DNA of 64,000 bases. Origin: Candidatus Thalassarchaeaceae archaeon. Its GTDB lineage: Archaea > Thermoplasmatota > Poseidoniia > Poseidoniales > Thalassarchaeaceae. Both the position numbers and the translations under genes were made by a program. The stretch spans positions 377,232 to 441,231 of the forward strand of contig JBJLBP010000001.1 of assembly GCA_045568075.1 (NCBI GenBank), in the 5' to 3' direction. Within the stretch, counting starts at the first letter, position 1. Each line of letters opens with the position of its first letter. The notes under the pieces are model-generated. The model was not told the origin of the DNA, did not search any database, and saw only the letters and a list, made by a program, of their open reading frames with translations. Shown here one piece after another: positions 45,778 to 55,993 of the stretch.

Positions 45778-47450
45778 TGCTGACAATCGATGAGATGGAG
45801 AATTTACTTCCTGAGATGGCACTCGTTCTGGGTATCATTCTAGCGATTCTCATCCCCAATATCGGAAACGCAACTTTCCGAATTCCACTCACACGCATTC
45901 GCGTTCCGATCTTTATTGGCGGAAAGCGGTACAAAATGACCTCAGACCCACGCCTTCCTGGTCGTATGTCAATCGCAGTCTTCTCAGTAGCCCTCTTCTT
46001 CTCCTTCTTCGGAATCAAGGGAGCGAGCGGAGAAATTGGCGGCGTGATTGAGATTAGCTCGTTCAGCCGCATGATGTCAGTTGTGTTCTTCGGTTCGCTA
46101 CTACTTGCTGCAGTCGCGACGACTTACCGAATGCCTGCTCGCCCTAGCGCTCGCGCCCCGCGCGAGAGAGATACTGAATCACGCGCGGAAGCACTAGTCG
46201 CCGCACTGATGGACAATCGCCGTCAAGTCGACTTCCATCTCTTGCTGATGATGGTAGGATTGGGCATGAGCCTGATGGCCATGGCGTCGAATCTCTTCTT
46301 CATGTTCGTCGCCATCGAGCTGACTAGTCTAGCAGCCTACGTATTGGTCGCCTTCCACAAGGAAGAGGCGGTCGGTGGCGAGGCTGGTGCGAAGTATTTC
46401 ATCGTCGGTTCAGTGTCTTCGGCCACCGGTATCTACGGTATGTCGCTGGTCTATCTATGGTCTGGAGACCTCGACTTTGATGCCCTTGCGGCCGCTTGGG
46501 CAGCGATGGACGGCCTCGATCCATTCGCCGTCATCGGAGTCGGTCTGATGCTCGTCGCCTTCGGCTTCAAGGTCAGTGCAGCCCCATTCCATCTAGCCGC
46601 TCCCGACGCATACGCGGGAGCGTCATCACCGGTAGCTGGCCTACTTGCAACCGCTTCGAAGGCGATGGGATTCGTCGCCCTCTTCCGTGTCCTAATCGAA
46701 GTCACCATGCCCGAAGAGGGTGAAGCATTGTGGTTCTGCCTGCTTGCACTCATCGCCATCGTGACGATGACTTGGGGTAACCTCGCCGCGCTAACCAGTG
46801 AGAACCCGAAGCGCATGCTTGCTTACTCGAGCGTCGCACACGCGGGATACATGCTCGCTGCTCTCGCTGCGGTTGGCAGCGGACTTGGCGACGCCTCGAC
46901 CACAAAGTTGGTCCTAATTGCAATCGTATTCCACTTGACAGTCCTCGTGCTCTTCAAGTTCGGAGCCTTCCTTGTCCTCGGCTTGCTGGAAACTGAGGGT
47001 AGAAGCCACCGTTTGGAGGATCTCCATGGATTGGCTCGCCGCGACCCTCTAATCGCCGGCTCGATGTTCATCTTCATGCTCTCACTTGCTGGTGTTCCAC
47101 CACTCTCTGGCTTCCTCTCGAAGCTACTGATGATTAACGGAATCATCAACATCAGCGCCGGCACAGGAAGCACTACTGCAGACGCAATCGTGCCTTGGGC
47201 CGAGACCGTAGATCCTGTCTTCTGGCTAGCAATTGCAATCGTTCTGAACAGTGCCCTCTCGCTATTCTACTACCTGCGACTTTGCCTTGTGATGTTCTTT
47301 GAGGAGCCTGAAGTATCGAAGCCGCTTCGTCGAGCTGGTCACTTGCGCAGGACCATCATTGTGCTAGCAGTTCTCTCCGTCTTCTTTGGAATCGGCGCTG
47401 GCGCTGAGTACCTCCTCGATCTCGTCGAGACGGCCGTAGCCGCAATGTAA
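45777..47450 (+). CDS. nuoN: NADH-quinone oxidoreductase subunit N (with N-terminal extension).
   Basis: Antiporter-like core (FHLAAPDAYAGASSPVAGLLATASK); the start overlaps the nuoM stop; last gene of the operon. Confidence 0.85.
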   Translation: MLTIDEMENLLPEMALVLGIILAILIPNIGNATFRIPLTRIRVPIFIGGKRYKMTSDPRLPGRMSIAVFSVALFFSFFGIKGASGEIGGVIEISSFSRMMSVVFFGSLLLAAVATTYRMPARPSARAPRERDTESRAEALVAALMDNRRQVDFHLLLMMVGLGMSLMAMASNLFFMFVAIELTSLAAYVLVAFHKEEAVGGEAGAKYFIVGSVSSATGIYGMSLVYLWSGDLDFDALAAAWAAMDGLDPFAVIGVGLMLVAFGFKVSAAPFHLAAPDAYAGASSPVAGLLATASKAMGFVALFRVLIEVTMPEEGEALWFCLLALIAIVTMTWGNLAALTSENPKRMLAYSSVAHAGYMLAALAAVGSGLGDASTTKLVLIAIVFHLTVLVLFKFGAFLVLGLLETEGRSHRLEDLHGLARRDPLIAGSMFIFMLSLAGVPPLSGFLSKLLMINGIINISAGTGSTTADAIVPWAETVDPVFWLAIAIVLNSALSLFYYLRLCLVMFFEEPEVSKPLRRAGHLRRTIIVLAVLSVFFGIGAGAEYLLDLVETAVAAM

Positions 47451-47462
47451 GCCTCGTCGCTC

Positions 47463-47481
47463 CTCAGTATCCGATACTGAG
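47463..47481 (+). terminator. Perfect 9-bp inverted repeat CTCAGTATC-C-GATACTGAG 13 nt after the nuoN stop.
   Basis: Read from the sequence; positioned as an operon-end hairpin; no T-tract. Confidence 0.35.
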
Positions 47482-47571
47482 CCGGGCTGTGACCGACGTC
47501 GACTCTGCTGGCTTGTTCTGACCTTGTTTACGAGGCATGGTTTCACATAGGGGTCGCTCGACCGACGGCCA

Positions 47572-48117
47572 ATGGCGCGTCGTGAGGAGCGTGTGGACAC
47601 AGAGTTGCTGGCGCAGCTTGAATCAGGCGCTGGCGATAAGATCCGCGTAAAGCTCCCTAACAAGAAGATCAACGAGATGTTCGCCATTGCCGACCAGATT
47701 CTCGGCGGTCGCCGCGTCCGCGCTGTTTGCGCAGACGGTGAGAGCCGATTAGCTCGAATCCCAGGTAAGATGCGCCGCCGCCAATGGGTGCGCGAGGGTG
47801 ATCTGATTATTGTTCAGCCATGGGACTTCCAGGATGCCAAGGCCGACGTTCGAATGCGCTACACTAAGACGCAGTCGATCTATCTCTCACGCAAAGGCGT
47901 GCTTCCCGAGATTGTCGATCTGTTCGGTATGACCGAGGACCAATTCAACCAGGACGACGATCGCGACTCAAAGATCGATTCCACCCCAGCCGCCGAGCCA
48001 ACCAGTGAAGCGGAGTCTGTTGACGAGGCAGAAGATGGAGAAGACGAAGTCGAGGACAAGCCAACTGCAGTCTGGGCTGACGACGACGACGACGACATTG
48101 ACTCGTTCTTCGGGTGA
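47572..48117 (+). CDS. eif1a: Translation initiation factor aIF-1A with a ~70-aa acidic C-terminal extension ending in a poly-Asp tract.
   Basis: OB-fold core KIRVKLPNKKINEMFAIADQILGGRRVRAVCADGESRLARIPGKMRRRQWVREGDLIIVQPWDFQDAKADVRMRY; tail ...WADDDDDDIDSFFG encoded by (GAC)6. Confidence 0.85.
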   Translation: MARREERVDTELLAQLESGAGDKIRVKLPNKKINEMFAIADQILGGRRVRAVCADGESRLARIPGKMRRRQWVREGDLIIVQPWDFQDAKADVRMRYTKTQSIYLSRKGVLPEIVDLFGMTEDQFNQDDDRDSKIDSTPAAEPTSEAESVDEAEDGEDEVEDKPTAVWADDDDDDIDSFFG

Positions 48118-49004
48118 GAGCGATGACGAACCCCGATTGGGAGGACGTCGATCCTGATTCTCTGATGAAAGCGGCGCGGCAACACGATTGGATGATGGAG
48201 CCGCGCTTCAAGCGAATGTTCGAGGATATCGAGGATAAGCTGCAAGGCGTGTTAGGCTCTGGTCAATACGACTGGGTTGATCGACGAGTCTTCGACGCGG
48301 TCTTTGACCGCTCGACCTTGATGTCACTTCACAAATTGATGCAAGCAGGCGAAATCGAAACCGTCGATTATCCAATTGCTCGCGGCAAGGAAGCTCACGT
48401 CTTCCATGCGACTACGAACCAAGGTCCTGCCGCGGTGAAAATTTTCCACACAACTAATGCCGTCTTCAAGAGCCTCGCAAAATACATCGATGGCGACCCA
48501 CGATTCGGCGGATTGAAGCGTCGCCATCGCGAAATCGTGAAGATTTGGGTGCGCAAGGAATACCGTAATCTCAAGCGCATGAGAAAGCATGGAATTCGAG
48601 TTCCCTCTCCGCGTGCAATCCTCAACAATGTCTTGGTGATGGATCTTATCGGCGATAAGGACGAACCTTCACCTCGTCTCAAGGACATCACCATCGACGA
48701 TCCGATGGGCGTCTTCGATGACCTCCTCGAGATTCTTGCAGTTTGCTGGCAAACCTGTGATATCGTCCATTCGGACTTCTCTGAATACAACATTCTCTGG
48801 TACGACGGCGAGCCATGGGTCATCGATGTCGGGCAAGCCGTCGTCAGCGCGCACCCTTCTTCCAACGAATTCTTGGTGCGCGATGTCACTCGCTTAGTTC
48901 AATGGATTAACCGCCAAGGTTTCGATGTCCAACTCGCCGACGCACTCCTCAGAGTGCTCGAAGAACCCGTTCCAACCTATCCGCCTCTGTCGGGCGGGGA
49001 TTAA
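48114..49004 (+). CDS. rio1: RIO-type serine/threonine protein kinase (Rio1-like).
   Basis: RIO domain: IARGKEAHVF, the catalytic-loop region HSDFSEYNILW, and the metal-binding region DVGQAV; the start overlaps the aIF-1A stop. Confidence 0.85.
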   Translation: MRAMTNPDWEDVDPDSLMKAARQHDWMMEPRFKRMFEDIEDKLQGVLGSGQYDWVDRRVFDAVFDRSTLMSLHKLMQAGEIETVDYPIARGKEAHVFHATTNQGPAAVKIFHTTNAVFKSLAKYIDGDPRFGGLKRRHREIVKIWVRKEYRNLKRMRKHGIRVPSPRAILNNVLVMDLIGDKDEPSPRLKDITIDDPMGVFDDLLEILAVCWQTCDIVHSDFSEYNILWYDGEPWVIDVGQAVVSAHPSSNEFLVRDVTRLVQWINRQGFDVQLADALLRVLEEPVPTYPPLSGGD

Positions 49005-49030
49005 AACGGGGAGGCGGGTCGCCCGCCTTC

Positions 49031-49759
49031 GTGGAACTACTCGCTCGTATCCCCATGGACCGCATCGCGGTACTCATAGGAAAGGAGGGGCGAACTCGCA
49101 AAATGATCGAAAAGGCCAGTGGAACTACTCTTGAGATTGATTCCCAAACAGGCGATGTGATGGCCGATTGGGGCGAGTCAGATGTAGATCTAATCATCCG
49201 AATGAAGATGCCAGATGTCATCCGTGCGATAGGACGCGGCCTCGCACCTAAGCGCGCTGTCAAGCTCCTCGAAGACGAGGTATTCCTGCGTATGTACGAT
49301 ATCCGTGAGTGGGTTGGCCGCCAACCGAACCAAACTCGCAGAATGCGCAGCCGTCTCATCGGACGTAATGGTCGCATTCGCAGTCGCATCGAAGAGATAA
49401 CCCATACAGAGATCGCAATCTATGGTTCGACAGTCCTCGTCATCGGTGACGAGGACGGTTTAGCACTTGCAACGCCCGCAATCGAGAATATACTCAACGG
49501 TTCTGAACACGGCACCGTGCTGCACGGCCTCGAGAAGGATCGTAAGCGAATGCGAGTCAAGTCCCGCAGCCTTGAATCGTACGATACAGGCAGTGAAACC
49601 TCTGACCAATTCGAGGCGTTAGTCCCTGGATTGGCAGACGCGCGTCGTCGCCGCGAGCGTCGATACAAGGGTTCCCAAGTCGACCCCGAGAATGCTGAGG
49701 AAGTATCAGAAATGCTCGAGCTCGCCGACGATGAAACAATTTCATTCGAAGAAGAGTGA
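49031..49759 (+). CDS. KH-domain RNA-binding protein (Dim2/Pno1-like, two KH modules) with an acidic C-terminal tail.
   Basis: VLIGKEGRTRKMIE and LIGRNGRIRSRIE GxxG-type KH loops; conserved archaeal aIF1A-Rio1-KH neighbourhood. Confidence 0.75.
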   Translation: MELLARIPMDRIAVLIGKEGRTRKMIEKASGTTLEIDSQTGDVMADWGESDVDLIIRMKMPDVIRAIGRGLAPKRAVKLLEDEVFLRMYDIREWVGRQPNQTRRMRSRLIGRNGRIRSRIEEITHTEIAIYGSTVLVIGDEDGLALATPAIENILNGSEHGTVLHGLEKDRKRMRVKSRSLESYDTGSETSDQFEALVPGLADARRRRERRYKGSQVDPENAEEVSEMLELADDETISFEEE

Positions 49760-49804
49760 GTGCCACCAACGAATTCTCGTTAGCAACTCAATCTGTCTTC
49801 GAGA

Positions 49805-50401
49805 TCAAGACTCGGCTGTCGTGATGTGTGAATCAACTCTCACACTCAGGGGCATCCTCGGTGGGTTACTGAAGCCGAAGCAGGCTGATGGAGCCATCCC
49901 AGTCATCTGGTTTGAGGTTCTCCCGTCTAGATCAAGCGTTACCGATTTCATTCTTGACAACCCTCGAACATGGTACCATTCCTTGAGGCCGTTTCTAGTG
50001 GTTCCATGTGTCTTAGTGCCGAATAACAATCTAGCAAAGAATGCCTCAACATTTGCTATGAACCAACGTGGCCTTGGGAATAGTAGTGGAATAGTCATTC
50101 CCCATTCCATGGAAACGCTACCTAGGTCGCAACTGACTTCAATGGATTTGCCAGTCCTGTTGATTTCCATCGGAGATACAATGACTTCTTCGAATGAATA
50201 CAGTGAAGAGACGAAGTCACCTAATTCCTGAGATGGTGCTATCAGTACCCTAGTACCGTCCGGCTTCGCCCACATCAGATTGGTAAAGGGGCCATGAGGA
50301 GAATTTTTCCAGTCTCCAATAACCACCATGTCTCCAGTCGCGAAACCGGATGAAATCACTCGGCCTTTGAATATCTCAATGTCTTTCTTTCCAGCGTTCA
50401 T
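49805..50401 (-). CDS. Hypothetical protein in a lower-GC segment.
   Basis: The ORF opens at 50449; the start is taken at MNAGKKD (ATG rc at 50399-50401) with GAGGAG 8 nt upstream on the minus strand; no family recognised. Confidence 0.4.
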   Translation of the reverse strand: MNAGKKDIEIFKGRVISSGFATGDMVVIGDWKNSPHGPFTNLMWAKPDGTRVLIAPSQELGDFVSSLYSFEEVIVSPMEINRTGKSIEVSCDLGSVSMEWGMTIPLLFPRPRWFIANVEAFFARLLFGTKTHGTTRNGLKEWYHVRGLSRMKSVTLDLDGRTSNQMTGMAPSACFGFSNPPRMPLSVRVDSHITTAES

Positions 50402-50546
50402 CTGCTCAACTCCTCTGTTTTTCGTTTCCGGTGCAGCCCTTGAGCACATAAGGCGTTGTTCGAGGTCATGGCCGATAGTAGGCCGGTGTTCTCTTCCGAA
50501 GTTTGAGAGCCGCCACGCCTAAGCGGAGGTCCTTGCTCGACCGGCC

Positions 50547-51827
50547 ATGAACCCGCTTGAGGAGTGGTATGATTACGAGCGGTTCACCATCCAAGCTCTG
50601 GTTGTTGTGATGGGTCTATTCTTTGCGGGAATCGCTCTCAATGAGCTCTCTGTTGGTGATAATCCGCTGACAGATTTCGTCTACACTTACTATCTCGATC
50701 CAATTAGCGGTGAATCGACTGGTGATTCAGGCTACAACATGGTCAACACAATGACCTACGGAGTCGTTCTCACGATGTTCGCCATCGCTCTATCAGGTTG
50801 GCTTCGACACTTGGGTATCGACCCCTCCGACAAGACTCTCCTTGCCCTGCTTCCCTTCGTACTATGGGCAGCCTTTGGAGAGGTAGTCGAGGACGCCGAG
50901 ATGTTCGGTGAGTTCTTCTCGGCTTGGTTCGTCAGTCCCGGTGTCCATTTCCAGACAGCCGGATGGGTGATCATCGCTGGCTGGGCTGGCTATGCTATTT
51001 CATCGTCTGATTCTGATGATGACAAGAAGAAAGAGAATGTCAAGTCGGTTTCGGCTTTGATTATCTTCTCTCAATTCATCCTTTACGGAGCATCGATTAA
51101 CGGTAGTGGAACGGTTGCGCGACTAGACATCGATCTGACGCTGATGATGCTGTTTTCTGTGTTGGCGCTCGCTGTTCCTTGGTTACTTGAATCGAGCGCC
51201 GAGGCTTTCGATTCTGTTCAGCGCACCGTCTACTTCTCTGGAGTAGGTGGAGGTGTAGTTCTATTCGGTGCGCTGGCTTCTTTCATGGCGACTAAGGATC
51301 TGTCTGAATTGAATCTCTGGCCTGTGGCTGTGGTCATAGGCGCGCCTGTAATTCTCTGTATGTGGATGCTTGAACAAGGGCGTGAGGCAGCAGCCGAGTT
51401 GGCTGATTTGGATATCGTTGCAGGGATTCTGCCTCCCGGAATGAACGAGGATGAATACCTCGCTTCCGAATCGAAAGAGAAGGATTTGATTGAGTCATTA
51501 CGCCTCAAGGCTACGATGGCTTATCCAGTCGCATTCTTGCCAGTAGCAGGTCAACTGCTTGATGGATTGGCGACCTACATCGGCATCGATTTCTTCTACT
51601 ACTACGAGAAGCACATCGTTTCAGCCTGGGTCATCGATCTATTCGATACAGCAGCAACTTTCGCTTTGCTAAAGTTTGCAATCGGTGGAATCATTTTCTG
51701 GTTCTACTCAATGGCCAATTTCGAATACCGCCAACAGCACCTGCGCTTACTCATCGGATTGGCCCTCATGGTGGTTGGAATGGCTCCGGGCCTACGCGAT
51801 GTTGGACGCTTGATGCTGGGCGTCTGA
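50547..51827 (+). CDS. Multipass membrane protein (about 10 TM), possibly DUF63-like; hypothetical.
   Basis: Long hydrophobic ORF with a central acidic loop ([12 protein letters not shown]); no catalytic motif recognised. Confidence 0.45.
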   Translation: MNPLEEWYDYERFTIQALVVVMGLFFAGIALNELSVGDNPLTDFVYTYYLDPISGESTGDSGYNMVNTMTYGVVLTMFAIALSGWLRHLGIDPSDKTLLALLPFVLWAAFGEVVEDAEMFGEFFSAWFVSPGVHFQTAGWVIIAGWAGYAISSSDSDDDKKKENVKSVSALIIFSQFILYGASINGSGTVARLDIDLTLMMLFSVLALAVPWLLESSAEAFDSVQRTVYFSGVGGGVVLFGALASFMATKDLSELNLWPVAVVIGAPVILCMWMLEQGREAAAELADLDIVAGILPPGMNEDEYLASESKEKDLIESLRLKATMAYPVAFLPVAGQLLDGLATYIGIDFFYYYEKHIVSAWVIDLFDTAATFALLKFAIGGIIFWFYSMANFEYRQQHLRLLIGLALMVVGMAPGLRDVGRLMLGV

Positions 51828-51855
51828 TTCAACTCGAACGGCCGAGCTTTTTCAC

Positions 51856-53541
51856 GTGTCTAATCACGACATCATAGATGTCGTATCCATTGGATTGAAG
51901 GTTCGCCGGCAATCTCGGGTGTTGAGAGCCATGGATAGATTGCCGACCCGAGTCGAGCGTTCAGGTCCTGATTGGCAACGTAGACGCGAACATAATCTCG
52001 CTTTAGCCGCCGACCTCAAGGAGCGTCTTGCAGCCGTCAAAGAGGGTGGAGGCGGCAAATATGTCGAGCGTCACCGCGCTCGAAACAAAATGCTCCCAAG
52101 GGAGCGAATCGCCGAGATTTGCGATCCGGGAAGTCCCTTTCTTGAACTCTCAAGCCTTGCCGCAAACGGACTCTACGATGGCAAGGCTCACTCGGCTGGA
52201 ATAATCACAGGAATAGGTGTCATCCACGGTCGCGAATGCCTCTTTGTCGCTAATGACGCGACCGTCAAGGGCGGCTCATACTATCCAATGACAGTCAAGA
52301 AACACATCCGCGCCCAAGATGTGGCCGATGTCAACAATCTCCCTTGTGTCTACCTTGTCGATAGCGGCGGAGCCTTCCTCCCGATGCAAGACGAGGTTTT
52401 CCCGGACATCGGCCACTTCGGCCGCATCTTCCGTAATCAAGCGATGATGTCTGGCAAAGGCATCCCTCAGGTCGCAGCAGTCCTTGGCAGTTGCACTGCG
52501 GGAGGAGCATACGTTCCAGCGATGTCTGACGAATCGATTATTGTCAAAGGAAATGGAACGATTTTCCTCGCCGGACCCCCTCTCGTCAAGGCAGCGACCG
52601 GCGAAGAGGTCAGCGCCGAAGATTTGGGCGGCGCTGATGTCCACACCCGTGAGTCGGGTGTGGCCGACCATTTCGCTGAAACAGAGGAGGACGCCCTGCG
52701 TATGGTCCGCAATGTTGTGGAGAATTTGAATATCGACCCGAAGCAGCGTTTGGACGTTAAACCGGTGGAAGATCCAGCCTACGAATCTGAGGATTTGATG
52801 GGTATTATTCCAAGCGATAATCGCACTCCAGTCGATGTTAGAGAAGTAATTGCTCGCATCGTCGACGGGTCGCGATTTCACGAGTTCAAACCACGCTATG
52901 GGGCGACTTTGGTTTGCGGTTTTGCTCGCATTCACGGCTACCCCGTCGGAATCGTCGCCAACAACGGGATTCTGTTTTCTGAATCCTCACTCAAAGGTGC
53001 TCACTTTGTCGAACTATGTGGACAGCGTGGTGTACCATTGATTTTCTTGCAGAATATTACTGGATTTATGGTCGGCCGTGACGCTGAATCGGGTGGAATT
53101 GCTAAGGATGGAGCCAAGTTGGTCACGGCCGTATCCTGCGTTCCAGTGCCTAAATTCACGGTGATTATTGGTGGCTCGCACGGAGCTGGAAATTACGGTA
53201 TGTGCGGGCGCGCGTATGACCCCCGATTCCTATTCATGTGGCCGAATGCGCGCATTTCTGTGATGGGCGGCCCGCAGGCTGCTGATGTCCTAGCGACGGT
53301 CAAACAAGATCAGCGGGCCCGCGAGGGTTTGCCTCCGATGAGTGATTCTGAGTTGGAGGAGTTTCGTCGACCGATTCTCGAGAAATACGAGACTGAAGGA
53401 TCGCCTTACTACTCTACTGCGCGGTTATGGGACGACGGCGTCATCGACCCGCGCGATACTCGTGATGTGCTGGGCTTGGCAATTTCAGCGAGTCTAAACG
53501 CGCCGTTCCCAGACCAGGATTACGGCGTTTTCAGGATGTGA
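51856..53541 (+). CDS. Acyl-CoA carboxylase carboxyltransferase beta subunit (methylcrotonyl-/propionyl-CoA carboxylase beta-like).
   Basis: N-terminal [34 protein letters not shown] (MCC-beta-like), tandem crotonase-fold CT domains, about 560 aa. Confidence 0.8.
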   Translation: MSNHDIIDVVSIGLKVRRQSRVLRAMDRLPTRVERSGPDWQRRREHNLALAADLKERLAAVKEGGGGKYVERHRARNKMLPRERIAEICDPGSPFLELSSLAANGLYDGKAHSAGIITGIGVIHGRECLFVANDATVKGGSYYPMTVKKHIRAQDVADVNNLPCVYLVDSGGAFLPMQDEVFPDIGHFGRIFRNQAMMSGKGIPQVAAVLGSCTAGGAYVPAMSDESIIVKGNGTIFLAGPPLVKAATGEEVSAEDLGGADVHTRESGVADHFAETEEDALRMVRNVVENLNIDPKQRLDVKPVEDPAYESEDLMGIIPSDNRTPVDVREVIARIVDGSRFHEFKPRYGATLVCGFARIHGYPVGIVANNGILFSESSLKGAHFVELCGQRGVPLIFLQNITGFMVGRDAESGGIAKDGAKLVTAVSCVPVPKFTVIIGGSHGAGNYGMCGRAYDPRFLFMWPNARISVMGGPQAADVLATVKQDQRAREGLPPMSDSELEEFRRPILEKYETEGSPYYSTARLWDDGVIDPRDTRDVLGLAISASLNAPFPDQDYGVFRM

Positions 53542-53545
53542 TTGA

Positions 53546-54418
53546 ATGGAACAACGCGCACGGATGAGTGATGAGATGCCTGCCTCTCAATTGTGCAGTC
53601 TCGATATCCATGGCGCGGTCGCTCGTCTGACCCTGCGCCGTTCAGATGTCTTCAACGCGCTCAATGTTCAATTGATTTCGGAACTGGTTGATGCACTTCA
53701 CTGGATGGAGGAGCGCTCAGTTGGCACCACACAAGTTCTCGCCGACCCAGATGGTGCTGCGTACCTTCGCGTAATTGTCCTGCGAGGCGATGGTAAGCAC
53801 TTCTGCGCAGGTGCTGACATCAATATGATGCGAGACGCTGGAGCCGCTGGCCCAGCGGCTAATCGTGCTGATTCTGAGCGTCTCGACCGTTTGTTCAATT
53901 CATTGTGGGCACACCCTTGTTTCACTATCGGAGCAATTCAGGGTGTGGCTCTGGGTGGTGGGGCTGGATTGGTCGCATGCGTCGATCATTCGATTGGCGA
54001 GCCACGCACCCGCATCGCATTATCCGAGGGAAAACTCGGGATTCTTCCCGCCGTCATCGGACCCTACGTCTATCGCCGGCTCGGCAGCGCTCAATTCCGC
54101 CGCCTTTCGATGCTGGCGAGCCGAGTCAGTGCCGAAGAGGGATTGCGAATCGGCTGGCTTAACGAGGTCGTCGATTCGCCGTTGGGATTCGACGAGGCGA
54201 TTGACCGGACCATCGGCGATGTGCTGACTACCGGCCCGATGGCCGTAGCCGAATCGAAGCGCTTGGCCATGACCTTCGATCGTTGGATGGCCAGCGACGA
54301 GGAACTGAGACTCTGGACTCTTGACAAGACAAGCCAGATGCGTGGTTCAGGGGAGGGTCAAGAGGGCCTGTCCTCTTTCCTTGAGCGGCGCAAGCCCGAT
54401 TGGGCACCCGAAGAGTGA
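53546..54418 (+). CDS. Enoyl-CoA hydratase/isomerase (crotonase) family; candidate methylglutaconyl-CoA hydratase.
   Basis: Crotonase oxyanion-hole region ...GDGKHFCAGADI... and the GAIQGVALGGGAGL region; the start may be at MSDEMP (53564). Confidence 0.75.
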   Translation: MEQRARMSDEMPASQLCSLDIHGAVARLTLRRSDVFNALNVQLISELVDALHWMEERSVGTTQVLADPDGAAYLRVIVLRGDGKHFCAGADINMMRDAGAAGPAANRADSERLDRLFNSLWAHPCFTIGAIQGVALGGGAGLVACVDHSIGEPRTRIALSEGKLGILPAVIGPYVYRRLGSAQFRRLSMLASRVSAEEGLRIGWLNEVVDSPLGFDEAIDRTIGDVLTTGPMAVAESKRLAMTFDRWMASDEELRLWTLDKTSQMRGSGEGQEGLSSFLERRKPDWAPEE

Positions 54419-54427
54419 GGTGAGGCG

Positions 54428-55984
54428 ATGATTCCTGAATGGATGGTCGGCGCTCCTCGTTCATTCGATACCGTTTTGGTAGCAAATCGTGGTGAAATTG
54501 CAGTTCGCGTATTGCGGGCTGCGAGCGAGTCTGGTCTACGCGGAGTTGCCTTGTTTTCTGACTCAGATGCTGGGTCTTTACACGTCGAAACTGCTGATGA
54601 AGCGGTTCATCTTCCGGGAGCTAGCTTGGCTGAGACTTATCTCAATGCTGAGGCGATTATCGAGGCGGCACGAAGTTCCGGGGCACAAGCGATTCACCCT
54701 GGTTTTGGATTCCTCTCCGAACGGGCTGACTTCGCTAATGCTGTGAAGGCGGCTGGACTGATTTGGATTGGTCCTCCAGCCGGCGCTATCGAAACGATGG
54801 GTGACAAGATTTCGGCACGCCGACGGATGATTGAGTCTGGCGTGCCGGTTATTCCGGGTGAAGAGATTGCAATTTCAGAATCGGTTGATCACCTTGGAGT
54901 ATTGGCTGCTGCGGCTGCTCGCGTGGGCTATCCGCTGCTGCTCAAGGCGAGTGCCGGTGGTGGAGGCAAAGGAATGCGTGCTGTGCACGAGCCTAAGATG
55001 CTCAGAACCGAGTACGAGGCGGCTGCTCGCGAGGCTACCGCCGCTTTCGGTGATGGCACCGTCTATGTCGAGCGATTACTGACCGGTGCGCGCCACGTCG
55101 AGATTCAAGTCATGGCTGACTCTCTCGGAAATTGCATTCATCTCAACGAGCGAGATTGTTCATTGCAACGGCGCCATCAGAAAGTCATCGAAGAGGCGCC
55201 GAGCCCGGCGGTCACTCCAGCGATTCGCTCGGCGATGGGTGAGGCGGCTGTTCAAGCGGCCATGGCAGTCGATTACGAGGGGGCCGGCACAGTCGAGTTC
55301 CTACTCTCGGAAAGAGGGGAGTTCTTCTTCCTCGAGATGAACACTCGATTGCAAGTTGAACACCCGGTCACTGAGATGATCACCGGTGTCGACTTGGTAC
55401 AGAAGCAATTCGAGGTCGCCGCAGGTATGCCGCTGGGACTTACTCAATCAGACATCGGCATCACTGGCCATGCCATGGAGGCGCGAATCTACGCAGAGGA
55501 CCCGAGCAAGGGATTCCTACCGGCGATTGGTGATTTGGCGATGTGGCGAGAGCCATCCGGTCCGGGTATTCGCGTTGATACCGGAGTGCGCGAGGGCGAT
55601 GCTGTAACAGTCGAATTCGATCCGATGCTTGCCAAACTCATCGTCCACGCGCCAACGCGCACAGCAGCTGCACGCCGCCTCGATAATGCGCTGGCCAACC
55701 TACGTGCGCTCGGTGTCACAACCAACATTGGATTTCTCCGTCAGATGGCCCAGCATCCTGATTTCACATCTGGCGGCATCACAACAGATTACCTCGATTC
55801 AAGAAATATCTCTGACTTCGCAGAACCCGAGGCTAATCCTGCAACTCTCGTGGCAATCGCAGCGGCCGCAAGCCGTCTTGGACTCGATCGCCTCGGCGCA
55901 GGCGGCTTATCTCAATCAACCACAGACGAACACACTGGCCATGCTGGTGACCCATTCAGGACATTGTCGAGGTCCTTCCCCTGA
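54428..55984 (+). CDS. Biotin carboxylase subunit (ATP-grasp) of the acyl-CoA carboxylase.
   Basis: VLVANRGEIAVRVLRA N-terminus, ATP-grasp GGGGKGMR, and the EMNTRLQVEHPVTE biotin-carboxylase signature. Confidence 0.9.
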   Translation: MIPEWMVGAPRSFDTVLVANRGEIAVRVLRAASESGLRGVALFSDSDAGSLHVETADEAVHLPGASLAETYLNAEAIIEAARSSGAQAIHPGFGFLSERADFANAVKAAGLIWIGPPAGAIETMGDKISARRRMIESGVPVIPGEEIAISESVDHLGVLAAAAARVGYPLLLKASAGGGGKGMRAVHEPKMLRTEYEAAAREATAAFGDGTVYVERLLTGARHVEIQVMADSLGNCIHLNERDCSLQRRHQKVIEEAPSPAVTPAIRSAMGEAAVQAAMAVDYEGAGTVEFLLSERGEFFFLEMNTRLQVEHPVTEMITGVDLVQKQFEVAAGMPLGLTQSDIGITGHAMEARIYAEDPSKGFLPAIGDLAMWREPSGPGIRVDTGVREGDAVTVEFDPMLAKLIVHAPTRTAAARRLDNALANLRALGVTTNIGFLRQMAQHPDFTSGGITTDYLDSRNISDFAEPEANPATLVAIAAAASRLGLDRLGAGGLSQSTTDEHTGHAGDPFRTLSRSFP

Positions 55985-55993
55985 GGTGAGAAA

